Positions 6,215 to 15,944 are shown, numbered from the stretch's first letter. The stretch is DNA of 27,421 nt from an uncultured Rikenellaceae bacterium (GCA_964481075.1 CAYZSD010000030.1:1-27421); one strand, 5' to 3'. Translations and numbers: made by a program. The notes: generated by a model from the sequence alone, not told the origin.

Positions 6215-6357
6215 GTTAAGTGATTAATAATAAAGTTAATTGAGTTATTTAATAGTTCAGTTAATACTATGATTCCTCTTTTTACACTGCAAAACTAGCT
6301 TGCTTAAGTTAGTAGTAAGGTTATTCAGAGGTTAATTCGAGCTATAGAGATGTTAAT
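6215..6357. promoter_or_regulatory. Cluster of GTTAAT-type direct repeats in a divergent promoter region
   Basis: Exact GTTAAT occurs at 6235, 6260, 6331 and 6352. Variants are GTTAAG at 6215, GATTAAT at 6222, GTTATT at 6244, GTTAGT at 6308 and GGTTATT at 6319. Spacings are about 20-25 bp. Confidence 0.3.
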
Positions 6358-6395
6358 TTCGGCTTTTTCTATCAAATAGATTGTAACTTTGCTAC

Positions 6396-7652
6396 ATGAA
6401 TAAAAAGAACCACCATCTACTTCTTCTGGTTTTTACAATCCTGAGCATTACCGTGCTTTTGGGGATACAAATCAATTGGATGCTGAAAACTGCCAGAATG
6501 CAGGAAACACAGTTCAAACATGCTGTTTCCTTGGTGCTGAGCAAAACCGTTGAAAATCTGAGAGAAGATAAGGCAATTTGTGCTGAGATAACGAACTGTC
6601 TCCTTGATAGCGGGACTCAATCTTGCTCGTTCACAAACCAGAATAGAATTATAGTTTCTGGGCTCGATAGCCTGATAAGACGTGAGCTTAAGAGCTTGAA
6701 TATTGATTTGGATTTTGAGTTTGAGCTTGTTGAAAAGGGAACTTTACAGGTGTGCCCTTCACAAAAAAATATCTATATAAACAAGACCCTTGATGGAGTT
6801 GTTCCGGAAACCGATTACGAGCTTAGCATCCGTTTTCCCGAGAAGAAAGAGTTTATCAAGGCTCAAATGGGCTCAATTTTTATCAGCTCCATTGCACTGC
6901 TGATGCTTGTGTGTGCATCTATCGTTCTAATATACAGATTCTTAGAGCATGAGAAGAGGCTTACCCGTAACCTAATCGATTTTTTAAATAACATCACCCA
7001 CGAGGTCAAAACCCCCTTAACCAACATCTCGCTTGCAAGCAATATCATATCAAAACACCCTTCAATTGAAACCGATTCAAAGTTATCATCATACGTCAAG
7101 GTAATCAGAACTGAACATCAACGCCTTAAGGAAAAAGTGGAGATGCTACTAAAGGCAACCCTTCTTGAGAGCGATATTCCTATAGAGGAGACTTTCTTTT
7201 CGGCCGATGACGAGATTTCTGGTGTTGTAAGTGTTTTCGATGTTCAGATCCATGAAAGACAAGGACAAATAAGTGTCTGTAAATCAGGTAACAACTTTTT
7301 GCTTTCAGGAAATGTTGACCTTTTCCGTATAGCAATTGGCAACCTTATCGACAATGCAATAAAGTACTGTTTTGGAAATCCTCATATTAAGATTGATTTA
7401 ATCTCAAGGGGAAATCACTTGAAGATTTCAGTTGCCGACAATGGCATTGGAATTTCCCAAAAGCATCTTCCACGGGTTTTCGACAAGTATTTCAGGGTTA
7501 GAAATGGCGACACGCACAGCGTTGATGGTTTTGGGCTTGGTCTATTCTTTGTAAAAAGCACAATAACAAAGATGAAAGGACATGTAACGGTAACAAGCGA
7601 GCAGGGAGAAGGAAGCGTTTTTACATTAAAAATTCCATTAGTATGCAATTAG
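6396..7652 (+). CDS. Sensor histidine kinase (two TM helices, HisKA plus HATPase_c)
   Basis: H-box ITHEVKTPLTNI, N-box LIDNAIKY, G-boxes DNGIGI and GFGLGL, and two hydrophobic helices flanking a ~140-aa outer domain. Confidence 0.9.
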   Translation: MNKKNHHLLLLVFTILSITVLLGIQINWMLKTARMQETQFKHAVSLVLSKTVENLREDKAICAEITNCLLDSGTQSCSFTNQNRIIVSGLDSLIRRELKSLNIDLDFEFELVEKGTLQVCPSQKNIYINKTLDGVVPETDYELSIRFPEKKEFIKAQMGSIFISSIALLMLVCASIVLIYRFLEHEKRLTRNLIDFLNNITHEVKTPLTNISLASNIISKHPSIETDSKLSSYVKVIRTEHQRLKEKVEMLLKATLLESDIPIEETFFSADDEISGVVSVFDVQIHERQGQISVCKSGNNFLLSGNVDLFRIAIGNLIDNAIKYCFGNPHIKIDLISRGNHLKISVADNGIGISQKHLPRVFDKYFRVRNGDTHSVDGFGLGLFFVKSTITKMKGHVTVTSEQGEGSVFTLKIPLVCN

Positions 7653-8350
7653 AACAAGGAAAAATTAGAATTCTGCTTGTTGAGGATGATGTAAACCTTG
7701 GATTTTTGCTTGTCGATTTCCTTGAATCACAGGGTTTTGATGTAAAACTATACAAGGATGGTGAGTCAGGGCTTCGTGGCTACATGTCAGGCACATTCGA
7801 TTTTTGCATCCTCGATGTGATGCTTCCAAAGATTGACGGTTTCACCCTGCTTGAGATGATTAAAACCAACAACAAGGATATTCCTGTAATAATTCTATCG
7901 GCACGGTCCCTGAAGGAGGATAAGATTAAAGGCTTTCGCCTTGGCGTTGACGATTACATCACAAAGCCCTTCGATGAGGAGGAACTCCTATTCCGAATCA
8001 AGGCAATTCTAAACAGGGCAGGTCAATCCAGCTTGTCGGAAAAATCAACAAAAACTTTTGTTCTCGGAAACTATGTTTTTGAGGAGTCCAATCAGATGCT
8101 CCGAGTTGGAGACAAATGCCATCGTTTGACCACAAAAGAGAATCAAATACTTGGAATACTCTCGGGCAACATCAACAACCTGGTGAAACGTGAGGAGATT
8201 ATGCTTGCCGTTTGGGGCGAGTCGGACTACTACATTGGTCGAAGCCTTGATGTATTTATATCAAAATTAAGGAATTACCTCAAAGAAGATTCAAGGATAA
8301 AGGTCTCTACTATTCCAACTGTTGGGTATATTTTAGAGGTTGGGTTGTGA
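7643..8350 (+). CDS. OmpR/PhoB-type response regulator
   Basis: Receiver domain (ILLVEDD...ILDVMLPKIDG...ILSA...K) plus a winged-helix C-terminus (LTTKENQILGIL...VGYIL). It overlaps the kinase ORF by 10 nt. Confidence 0.9.
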   Translation: MQLEQGKIRILLVEDDVNLGFLLVDFLESQGFDVKLYKDGESGLRGYMSGTFDFCILDVMLPKIDGFTLLEMIKTNNKDIPVIILSARSLKEDKIKGFRLGVDDYITKPFDEEELLFRIKAILNRAGQSSLSEKSTKTFVLGNYVFEESNQMLRVGDKCHRLTTKENQILGILSGNINNLVKREEIMLAVWGESDYYIGRSLDVFISKLRNYLKEDSRIKVSTIPTVGYILEVGL

Positions 8351-8364
8351 AAAAAACAAAAAAA

Positions 8365-8691
8365 ATGGATTGGGTTATTTTATCAATAGCAGGATTATTT
8401 GAAGTAGCTTTTGCATTCTGTTTGGGAAAAGCAAAAGAGTCCACCGGGCTTGAAATGTATTTATGGTATGCAGGCTTTATTTTTGCCCTTACTGTTAGTA
8501 TGAGTCTTTTAATAAAAGCAACTCAAACCTTACCAATCGGGACAGCTTATGCTGTTTGGACTGGTATTGGTGCAGTTGGTACAGTTTTGGTCGGTATTTT
8601 TGTGTTTAAAGAACCAACTACCTTTCTTCGACTACTCTTTCTTACTACATTAATTAGTTCTATTGTAGGATTAAAAGCTGTCTCTAATTAA
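8365..8691 (+). CDS. sugE: SMR-family transporter of the SugE/Gdx subtype
   Basis: MDWVILSIAGLFEVAFA... with the conserved membrane Glu, and LPIGTAYAVWTGIGAVG. The ATG at 8365 is preferred over the GTG at 8347. Confidence 0.85.
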   Translation: MDWVILSIAGLFEVAFAFCLGKAKESTGLEMYLWYAGFIFALTVSMSLLIKATQTLPIGTAYAVWTGIGAVGTVLVGIFVFKEPTTFLRLLFLTTLISSIVGLKAVSN

Positions 8692-8714
8692 ACTACACTG
8701 ATATTCAGCATTTT

Positions 8715-9197
8715 TTACTTCCTGGACTCGCATTTCACCTCATCTACAATCTTTTTCACCTCCTCGTAAATAATTTTTCCAGCTTTCCTAGCTTCCTCAA
8801 GAAGTTTATTTATATCATCATCCATCCTGTTGTCAACATAGTAACGAACCCTAGCCCTAAGCTCCTCAACATCGCCCTTGAGATGTTCATCGTAAAGCTT
8901 TCCAATCTCACTGGCTGCTCGTAAGCCATTGTACTTAACCTTATATCCAGCAAGACGCATCTTCTCTTCAAGGGTGAGTTGGTTTCGATACTTGTTGTAC
9001 CATTCGTTGCTGAAAAGTTCGAACTGCTCATTAGCCTTCTGCCATTGCTCAGATGTGAAGAATCGGTAGTCCTTCGACACATCGTCCATAAACCTCTGGT
9101 ATCTTTCCAGGTAGTCCTCCTTGTTTAATGGAGTACAGGAGTTAAATAATACTGTTAATAAGGCAACTAACATGGTGCTTCTCATTTTATAATTCAT
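8715..9197 (-). CDS. Hypothetical lipoprotein, helical
   Basis: Signal peptide with a lipobox-like VLFNSC. The rest is charged and helical. No family was recognised. Confidence 0.55.
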   Translation of the reverse strand: MNYKMRSTMLVALLTVLFNSCTPLNKEDYLERYQRFMDDVSKDYRFFTSEQWQKANEQFELFSNEWYNKYRNQLTLEEKMRLAGYKVKYNGLRAASEIGKLYDEHLKGDVEELRARVRYYVDNRMDDDINKLLEEARKAGKIIYEEVKKIVDEVKCESRK

Positions 9198-9221
9198 TTG
9201 AAAACCAAAAAATTCTATTAC

Positions 9222-10748
9222 TTACTGAAATGTATTTATTGCAGATTGAATTCTTTTACATGACTCGTCCCTACCAATTAGCTCAATGATATCGGCTACT
9301 CCAGGACCTTTCGATTCACCAACAAGGCTCAAACGGAGGGCATTCATCACCTTTCCCATTCCATGTCCTTTCTCGTTGATGTATGTCTTGATATCATGCT
9401 CAATTCTATCTGTTGAGAAAGGTTGAGTGTTTTCAATGACAGTAGAAATCTCACTCAGAATTTGGGGGGTATCCTCCTTCCAAAACTTTTTGACCGTTAC
9501 TTCATCGTAGGCTTTTGGAGCCTCGAAGAAGAAAGAGGCTTGTTCCCAAATTTCGTGAACAAAACTCACCCTTTCCTTTACGAGCGAAACTATCTTCTGT
9601 GTTTTATCAAAATTGAATGCTACTCCTTTTTCATTCAAAACTTTTACAAAATGCTCGGTAATCTCCAAATCGCTTTTCCTAACCAGATACTGGTGGTTGA
9701 ACCACTTCGCTTTTTCTGGGTCAAACCTCGCACCCGATTTGTTAACCCTTTCTAGGGAGAAAAGCGAGACTAGTTCTTCCATGCTAAAGATTTCCTGTTC
9801 GGTACCTGGATTCCATCCTAAAAGAGCCAACAGATTAACAAACGCCTCGGAGAAGTAGCCATCCTCACGATAACCTCTTGACAATTCGCCCTCAGCCGAT
9901 TTCCACTGAAGCGGAAAAACGGGAAAGCCCATTTTATCACCATCGCGCTTGCTCAACTTACCGTTTCCGCTTGGCTTAAGCAGAAGTGGAAGGTGCGCAA
10001 ACTTGGGCATTGACTCAGTCCAACCCAAAGCTCGATATAGTAGGACATGAAGGGGAAGCGATGGAAGCCATTCTTCACCTCTTATCACGTGGGATATTTC
10101 CATGAGGTAGTCATCGGTAACGTTGGCCAAATGGTAGGTGGGAAGCATGTCGGCACTCTTGAACAGAACCTTATCGTCGAGGGTAGAGGTATTGACTTTA
10201 ATCTCACCACGAATAATGTCGTTCATTGTTACCTCTTCATTCACAGGCATCTTGAACCTAATAACCCATTGCTCACCGCCATCAATCCGTCTTTCAACCT
10301 CATCCTTTGGCAAAGCCAAGGAGGTTTTCATGCTACCCCGAATGGCGTATCCGTAAACAAAGGCTTCCCCTCTCGACTCGGCTTGGGCTCTAAGTGAATC
10401 GAGCTCTTGGGCAGTATCAAAAGCGTAGTAAGCATTTCCCGATGAAACTAGCTGCTCAGCATACTGTCGGTATAGAGCCTTTCTTTCGCTTTGTCGGTAT
10501 GGAGCATGTGGACCTCCCTCATGAACCCCTTCATCTATCTTAATTCCACACCAACGAAATGCCTCATTGATATACTCTTCGGTACCAGGGACAAATCGCT
10601 GTGAATCGGTATCCTCTATCCTAAGGATAAACGTACCGTTGTGCTTTCGAGCGAAGAAATAGTTGAATAGAGCGGTTCGAACGCCCCCTATATGTAGTGG
10701 GCCTGTTGGACTTGGTGCAAAACGCACCCTAACTGGTTTGGATGACAT
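9222..10748 (-). CDS. gltX: Glutamate--tRNA ligase
   Basis: VRVRFAPSPTGPLHIGGVRTALFNY (HIGH motif) and KLSKRDG (KMSKS motif). The ATG at 10748 is preferred over the CTG-initiated ORF-track start at 10766. Confidence 0.95.
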   Translation of the reverse strand: MSSKPVRVRFAPSPTGPLHIGGVRTALFNYFFARKHNGTFILRIEDTDSQRFVPGTEEYINEAFRWCGIKIDEGVHEGGPHAPYRQSERKALYRQYAEQLVSSGNAYYAFDTAQELDSLRAQAESRGEAFVYGYAIRGSMKTSLALPKDEVERRIDGGEQWVIRFKMPVNEEVTMNDIIRGEIKVNTSTLDDKVLFKSADMLPTYHLANVTDDYLMEISHVIRGEEWLPSLPLHVLLYRALGWTESMPKFAHLPLLLKPSGNGKLSKRDGDKMGFPVFPLQWKSAEGELSRGYREDGYFSEAFVNLLALLGWNPGTEQEIFSMEELVSLFSLERVNKSGARFDPEKAKWFNHQYLVRKSDLEITEHFVKVLNEKGVAFNFDKTQKIVSLVKERVSFVHEIWEQASFFFEAPKAYDEVTVKKFWKEDTPQILSEISTVIENTQPFSTDRIEHDIKTYINEKGHGMGKVMNALRLSLVGESKGPGVADIIELIGRDESCKRIQSAINTFQ

Positions 10749-10826
10749 ACTATATTTTTTCAGCAAAGATAAAAATTGCTGACGAAGGATTGGCTTTTCT
10801 AAAAAAAAACAAGGGCAATAAAAAAA

Positions 10827-13121
10827 CTACTCCCTGCTTGCAGGTGTAATATCTGTAGCAATTTTCAGTATTTTGAACACTTCTCCTTTGTTATTTCGAA
10901 TTGGCGTGTAGGTTTCGTGGAACACAAAATTGCGGCCATACATTTTCACCTGTGTGGTTTGTTTCTGGATTATACCCCTCCTGAGATTTGACCAAAATTC
11001 CTCATAGTTCATTCTTTGCTGGTCAGTCATAACCATTCCGTCGGAATGGTGCCGTCCAATTGCATCCTCACGGGTTATCCCAAGTAGTTCAAGGTAAGCA
11101 TCATTGATGTTTCTTATTGAACCCTTCACATCGTACTCAATTACGTATGACGAAGCGTTGATTGCTTCAATTAACCCCTCCATTTCCGATGAACGTCGTG
11201 CAGCTTCCTCCTGGGTAGCTTGGAGTTCCTCTAGGTTCTGACGTAGTTCTTCCTCCTGGGAAGTCATCATTTCCGCTTGTTCCTGCGATCTCAAGAGTAG
11301 TTCTGCAGTCCTCTCATTTATCTTAACCGTCCGAAGGGTTGAGGCTATGCTTTCAGCTATTCTCTCAGTAAATTCAAGTTCATGTTCCATAAAGGGCTTA
11401 AGAGAAGCCACTTCTATCACTCCAAGAACATCATCCTCTATTTTTAGCGGAACTATGAGTAAAGCGTCTGGAAGAACCCCGCCAAGTCCAGAGGTAACCT
11501 CAATATACTCCTGAGGAATTTCTTTTAAGTATATTGTATCTCGTTCTGCCGCACAGGAGCCAATAAGTCCTTCCCCAAGTTCAAAACTCTTTTCAATAAA
11601 TCTCTTCCTATCATAAGCAAAGGCAGATACCAAATCGTATGTAACAGGGCTATTCGTTTCATTTGATACGAAAAGCCCTCCCAAGCTTGCATCAAGATAC
11701 CATACAAGGTTTTTGATGACCTCATCGCCAAGTTTTGAAAGGTTGTCGTTGTTTTGACGAAGTATTTCAGCAAACTTTGTAAGCCCTTCGTTTATCCATC
11801 TTCGCTTTTCCTCTTCCACTGCTCGTTTTTTTGCTTCCTCGTCTGCCTTCTTTAGGCTTTCACGCATCTCGAGAAGCGATTTGCCCAAAATATCCTCATC
11901 GCTCAGAAGTTTCAACTCTTCGTTCAAATTTCCCTGACCAATGCTACGTGCAAATTCGGTTTTTGCAAGTAACCCATCAATTGATAAGGATAAGGCTTTC
12001 CCCATCTCGGCAATCTCATCACCAGAATCAATTGAAATGTGCATATTGCTATCTACTTTACCACGAGATAGATTGAGAAGTAGTGCTGTAATTCGCTTTA
12101 TTGGGTCTGTAATGTTTTTAGCTAAAACTAGAACTACCAATATTAGCACAACAATACCTGTGATACCTACAAGGATTCCAAGGTTTTGGTTGACGTTAGC
12201 TTCTGCAAGGATAACTCTTTCGGGAACAACAATTCCTAAGGTCCAAGGCGAATTTGTCCTTCCAATTTGAACAGGGCTGAAGCTATAGTAATACCTTTCC
12301 CCATCGTTGTCGCTATATACAAAGCTGAAGCGTTCAGCCTTATTAATTCTGTTAAGAATTCTAAATTTCTCTGTAAGAATAGGATATAATTCGTCAAATT
12401 TCTTCCCAAAGAAAGTAGTGTCTGGATGAGCTATTACAGTTCCTTTGTTAGAGAGCAAGAAAGCATAACTTTCTGGGTAAGGTTTAATACCACAGATTAA
12501 GGCTTGAAACCTACCTAAAAAAAGATCAATTCCCACAAGACCAATATAACGTCCGTTAATGTACATGGGACTTGCTAGTGAAGTCATTAATCCTCCTTTT
12601 TGAAGGGTAGAGAGGTATGGCTCAACAATTGACTCTTTCCCTGCTGCTTTCAATGCCGCATAAACTGGGGGGTCTCCATCGATACTTCGTTTCTCGAACT
12701 TGTATAACAACTTACCTTGCTCTCGGTAGTAGATATGAAGCCAACGCCCGTAGGGTTTATCCCATTTTGGATCAAGGTAGGTGAACTCCCAGCTATCCCA
12801 AATGGCATCGATATGCTGATTATCGTGCATAACCTGCTTATACATACCCATTATAAGCTCCCTCCAGCTATCAAAGGGCACTTGTTTCTGCTCAAGAAAT
12901 GCATTTGAAAGAGTTCGAACAATGGTCATGTCGCTGTTCAACCAACTCTCAACCATTGCGGAATAATGGTCTGTGTACGAATTGGTTAACTCAGTTAGAT
13001 TGCTATATGCGTTTCGTTTTGAAGTTATGCTAAAAAACCCGATTGTAATCGCAAATAGCACTACAGCTACGCTAAGGACATAAATAATTATCTTTTTCTG
13101 AACGCTTAACTTTAATTTCAT
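10827..13121 (-). CDS. Multidomain sensor: TM - Cache-like - TM - HAMP - GAF - coiled coil - PAS, with no recognisable output domain
   Basis: TM1 is IIIYVLSVAVVLFAITIGFF. A ~290-aa outer domain follows, then TM2 LGILVGITGIVVLILVVLVLA. The HAMP-like segment is NITDPIKRITALLLNLSRG. The GAF-like segment is LGEGLIGSCAAERDTIYL...VPLKIEDDVLGVIEVAS. The coiled coil is SQEEELRQNLEELQATQEEA. A PAS-like C-terminus ends the ORF. Confidence 0.8.
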   Translation of the reverse strand: MKLKLSVQKKIIIYVLSVAVVLFAITIGFFSITSKRNAYSNLTELTNSYTDHYSAMVESWLNSDMTIVRTLSNAFLEQKQVPFDSWRELIMGMYKQVMHDNQHIDAIWDSWEFTYLDPKWDKPYGRWLHIYYREQGKLLYKFEKRSIDGDPPVYAALKAAGKESIVEPYLSTLQKGGLMTSLASPMYINGRYIGLVGIDLFLGRFQALICGIKPYPESYAFLLSNKGTVIAHPDTTFFGKKFDELYPILTEKFRILNRINKAERFSFVYSDNDGERYYYSFSPVQIGRTNSPWTLGIVVPERVILAEANVNQNLGILVGITGIVVLILVVLVLAKNITDPIKRITALLLNLSRGKVDSNMHISIDSGDEIAEMGKALSLSIDGLLAKTEFARSIGQGNLNEELKLLSDEDILGKSLLEMRESLKKADEEAKKRAVEEEKRRWINEGLTKFAEILRQNNDNLSKLGDEVIKNLVWYLDASLGGLFVSNETNSPVTYDLVSAFAYDRKRFIEKSFELGEGLIGSCAAERDTIYLKEIPQEYIEVTSGLGGVLPDALLIVPLKIEDDVLGVIEVASLKPFMEHELEFTERIAESIASTLRTVKINERTAELLLRSQEQAEMMTSQEEELRQNLEELQATQEEAARRSSEMEGLIEAINASSYVIEYDVKGSIRNINDAYLELLGITREDAIGRHHSDGMVMTDQQRMNYEEFWSNLRRGIIQKQTTQVKMYGRNFVFHETYTPIRNNKGEVFKILKIATDITPASRE

Positions 13122-13304
13122 GGCCGTTATATTAAGCTATTTTAAAACGTTAAACATAGGAAAAAAAAGAATTTATTCTTTACTATCCAACCTTATTTTT
13201 GATAATAATACCTATTTCACCTAAAAGAATCTTTTGTCAAGTGAAAACTTCTGCCATTTTCGTACTTTTATCGTTTGAAAAATTACATCAAACAATTATT
13301 TCAG

Positions 13305-14120
13305 ATGAACAGACTAGAAGAAACCATAACATCAGCATGGGAAAGGCGAAGTCTTCTTGAGGAGGATGAAACAATTCGGGCAATAAACGATACGCTGGAA
13401 CTTTTAAACAAAGGCAACCTTCGTGTTGCAGAACCTTATGACAATGGATGGATTGTAAATGAGTGGGTTAAGAAAGCGGTTATTCTTTTCTTTCTTGTCA
13501 GAAAAATGGAGCGTATTGAGGTGGGGCCATTTGAATTTCACGATAAGATTCCATTAAAAAATGGGTACTTCAATCAAGGTGTTAGGGTAGTACCCCATGC
13601 AATTGCTCGCTATGGCTCTTTCATCGCCAAAGGGGCAATTCTTATGCCATCATACATCAACATTGGTGCCTATGTTGACGAAGGTACAATGGTTGACACT
13701 TGGGCTACAGTTGGCTCATGCGCTCAGGTTGGGAAGCATGTACATCTTTCAGGCGGTGTAGGAATAGGAGGAGTACTTGAACCAGTACAAGCCGCACCTG
13801 TTATTATTGAAGACGGCTGTTTCATTGGGTCTCGCTGCATTATTGTTGAGGGGGTTAGAATTGGCAAGGAAGCAGTACTAGGTGCCAATGTTGTTATAAC
13901 AAGTTCAACAAAAATTATCGACGTTACAGGTTCGAAGCCAATAGAGTATAAGGGTGAAGTACTTCCAAGAAAAGTGGTTATTCCAGGATCATACACTAAA
14001 TCTTTCCCAGCTGGTAGCTACCAAGTACCTTGTGCCCTGATAATTGGCGAGCGAAAAATATCAACAGATTTAAAAACAACCCTTAATGATGCCTTAAGAG
14101 AGTTTAACGTGGCTGTATAG
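13305..14120 (+). CDS. dapD: 2,3,4,5-tetrahydropyridine-2,6-dicarboxylate N-succinyltransferase
   Basis: The N-terminal helical domain is followed by hexapeptide-repeat left-handed beta-helix sequence (GAYVDEGTMVDTWATVGSCAQVGKHVHLSGGVGIGGVLEP...). The ATG at 13305 is preferred over the TTG at 13275. Confidence 0.9.
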   Translation: MNRLEETITSAWERRSLLEEDETIRAINDTLELLNKGNLRVAEPYDNGWIVNEWVKKAVILFFLVRKMERIEVGPFEFHDKIPLKNGYFNQGVRVVPHAIARYGSFIAKGAILMPSYINIGAYVDEGTMVDTWATVGSCAQVGKHVHLSGGVGIGGVLEPVQAAPVIIEDGCFIGSRCIIVEGVRIGKEAVLGANVVITSSTKIIDVTGSKPIEYKGEVLPRKVVIPGSYTKSFPAGSYQVPCALIIGERKISTDLKTTLNDALREFNVAV

Positions 14121-14213
14121 CTATAAATTCAAGATTTTTTCTATTTTTGTTGTTGGATTTCACTTTTTTATTCTGGGGTTTGGCAATCTGGTTATAGCAC
14201 TTAACATACAACG

Positions 14214-15077
14214 ATGAGCACACCTAACAAAGAACATAGTCAGGTAGTTACCCCGGATTGTATTAGTGTTATCATAACAACCTACAATCAGCCCGATTGG
14301 CTTAGAAAAACCCTATGGGGATTTGAAAACCAAACACTCAGCGGTTTTGAAGTGGTAATTGCCGATGATGGTTCGGGCAACGAAACAAAAAACCTTGTCG
14401 ATTGGTTTATCGAGAGTTCCTCCCTAAAAATTAAGCACATTTGGCATCCCGACGATGGTTTCCGAAAGTGCACCATCCTTAACAAAGCTATTATTGCCAG
14501 CTCTGGTGATTACCTTATTTTCACTGATGGCGACTGCATTCCACGGAACGATTTCGTTGAAGTACATGCAAGGTTTTCTAAGCAAAAGCATTTCCTTAGT
14601 GGAGGATACTTCAAGTTGACCCATGAGATTTCGAAATTGATTGACCAAAATGACATCATCAAGGGCAACCCCTTTTCTTCACGATGGCTTCTTTCCAATG
14701 GACAACCACTAATCTATAAGTTTATCAAACTCAATCGAAAGGATTCAATCAAATGGGTAATGAATCACTTCACCACAACCAAGGCGACGTGGAATGGACA
14801 TAACTCAAGTGGTTGGAAAAAGGATATTATGGCTGTTAATGGTTTCAATGAAACCATGCAGTACGGGGGATTAGACCGTGAACTAGGTGAACGGCTTGTA
14901 AATTTTGGGGTTAAACCGAAGCAGATTCGATACAGCGCTGTTTGTGTTCACCTCGATCACCCCCGACCATACAAGAATAATGAAGCCCTGAACAGGAACA
15001 TCCAAATTCGTAAGGTTGTAAAGCAAACCAAGGTAACCTGGACAGAACAAGGGATTTCGCAGCACGTAAGCAACTAA
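14214..15077 (+). CDS. Glycosyltransferase family 2
   Basis: ISVIITTYNQPDWLRKTLWGFENQT...VVIADDGS, and TDGDC as the DxD motif. The C-terminal NGFNE...GGLDRELGERL resembles the galactosyltransferase-type C-terminal region. Confidence 0.85.
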   Translation: MSTPNKEHSQVVTPDCISVIITTYNQPDWLRKTLWGFENQTLSGFEVVIADDGSGNETKNLVDWFIESSSLKIKHIWHPDDGFRKCTILNKAIIASSGDYLIFTDGDCIPRNDFVEVHARFSKQKHFLSGGYFKLTHEISKLIDQNDIIKGNPFSSRWLLSNGQPLIYKFIKLNRKDSIKWVMNHFTTTKATWNGHNSSGWKKDIMAVNGFNETMQYGGLDRELGERLVNFGVKPKQIRYSAVCVHLDHPRPYKNNEALNRNIQIRKVVKQTKVTWTEQGISQHVSN

Positions 15078-15092
15078 TTTCTCCTTATATTT

Positions 15093-15908
15093 ATGGGAAA
15101 TCCTTTGGCCTCATTAATCGTATCAACCTACTCGAACCAAAAGTACCTTGAGCTAGTCTTACTTTCTGCCGCACAACAAACCAACAATCGCTTTGAGGTA
15201 ATCATATCTGAGGATGCTCAACATACTCACATCAAGGAGTTTATTCAAAACCTTTCTTATCCTCTCCCCCTAAAGCACATTTCACAACCCGATGAGGGGT
15301 GGCAGAAGAACAAGGCGCTAAACAGGGCTATAGAAATTGCCAGCACCGACTACCTCGTTTTCATCGATGAGGACTGCTTGCTTCACCCTCGTTTCATGGA
15401 GTTTCATATTCGCTTTGCCAGCGATGAAAGAATTCTTGCAGGAAAAAGGATTAAGCTCGATCAACATACAACCCAGCTGGTAATTGAAAAGAAACTTTGG
15501 ATAGATAATCTGAATGGCTATATCCTACAGAATTTCAGAAGAATCAAACGACAGGGGGCAAAGTTCGTTGAAGAGGGGATTTTTTTCGACCCAAAAGGGT
15601 TTCTGGGATTTATCCCTTCGCTCCGAGGCATGTACCAGCTTAAAGGATGTAACATGTCGTTCTCACGAAATGCTATTTATGCCATTAACGGGTTTGATGA
15701 AGACTATAAACAACCTGCCATTGGGGAAGATATCGACCTAACCTGGCGATTCATAAAGGCAGGCTACAAGCTGAAATCACTAAGAAACCTTGCTGTACAG
15801 TACCACCTTTATCATAAAGAGAACTGGAACAACCAGGATAGCAATATGGAGATGATGAGACGCAAGCAAGCTCAAAACCAGTATATTTGCCTTAATGGCA
15901 TTAGGTAA
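15093..15908 (+). CDS. Glycosyltransferase family 2
   Basis: ASLIVSTYSNQKYLELVL...VIISEDAQ, with FIDEDC as the DxD motif and INGFDEDY...GEDIDLTWRF. Confidence 0.85.
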   Translation: MGNPLASLIVSTYSNQKYLELVLLSAAQQTNNRFEVIISEDAQHTHIKEFIQNLSYPLPLKHISQPDEGWQKNKALNRAIEIASTDYLVFIDEDCLLHPRFMEFHIRFASDERILAGKRIKLDQHTTQLVIEKKLWIDNLNGYILQNFRRIKRQGAKFVEEGIFFDPKGFLGFIPSLRGMYQLKGCNMSFSRNAIYAINGFDEDYKQPAIGEDIDLTWRFIKAGYKLKSLRNLAVQYHLYHKENWNNQDSNMEMMRRKQAQNQYICLNGIR

Positions 15909-15944
15909 CTTTAAAAAAAATTTACAAAATAACATTATAAAAGA

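Noticed and set aside
5858-6223. 121-aa plus-strand ORF opposite the Cys-rich protein gene
   Set aside because: It is the mirror frame of a low-complexity Cys/Lys-coding region. It has no signal for a start context, it would run through the divergent promoter, and its sequence is Ser/Leu/Ala-rich, as expected for a shadow ORF.
6384-6391. TAACTTTG -7-like box just upstream of the histidine kinase ATG
   Set aside because: It lies only 4 nt before the ATG at 6396, so it would imply a leaderless transcript or a downstream start that deletes TM1. It cannot be resolved without TSS data, so it is not called as a feature.
11525-12270. Several 80-110-aa ORFs inside or antisense to the 764-aa sensor gene
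   Set aside because: They are nested in a long ORF with coherent domain architecture. No independent motifs were seen.
13122-13304. Possible lysine riboswitch upstream of dapD
   Set aside because: The region is AT-rich with no recognisable L-box helices or conserved G-rich core. It is more likely plain divergent promoters.
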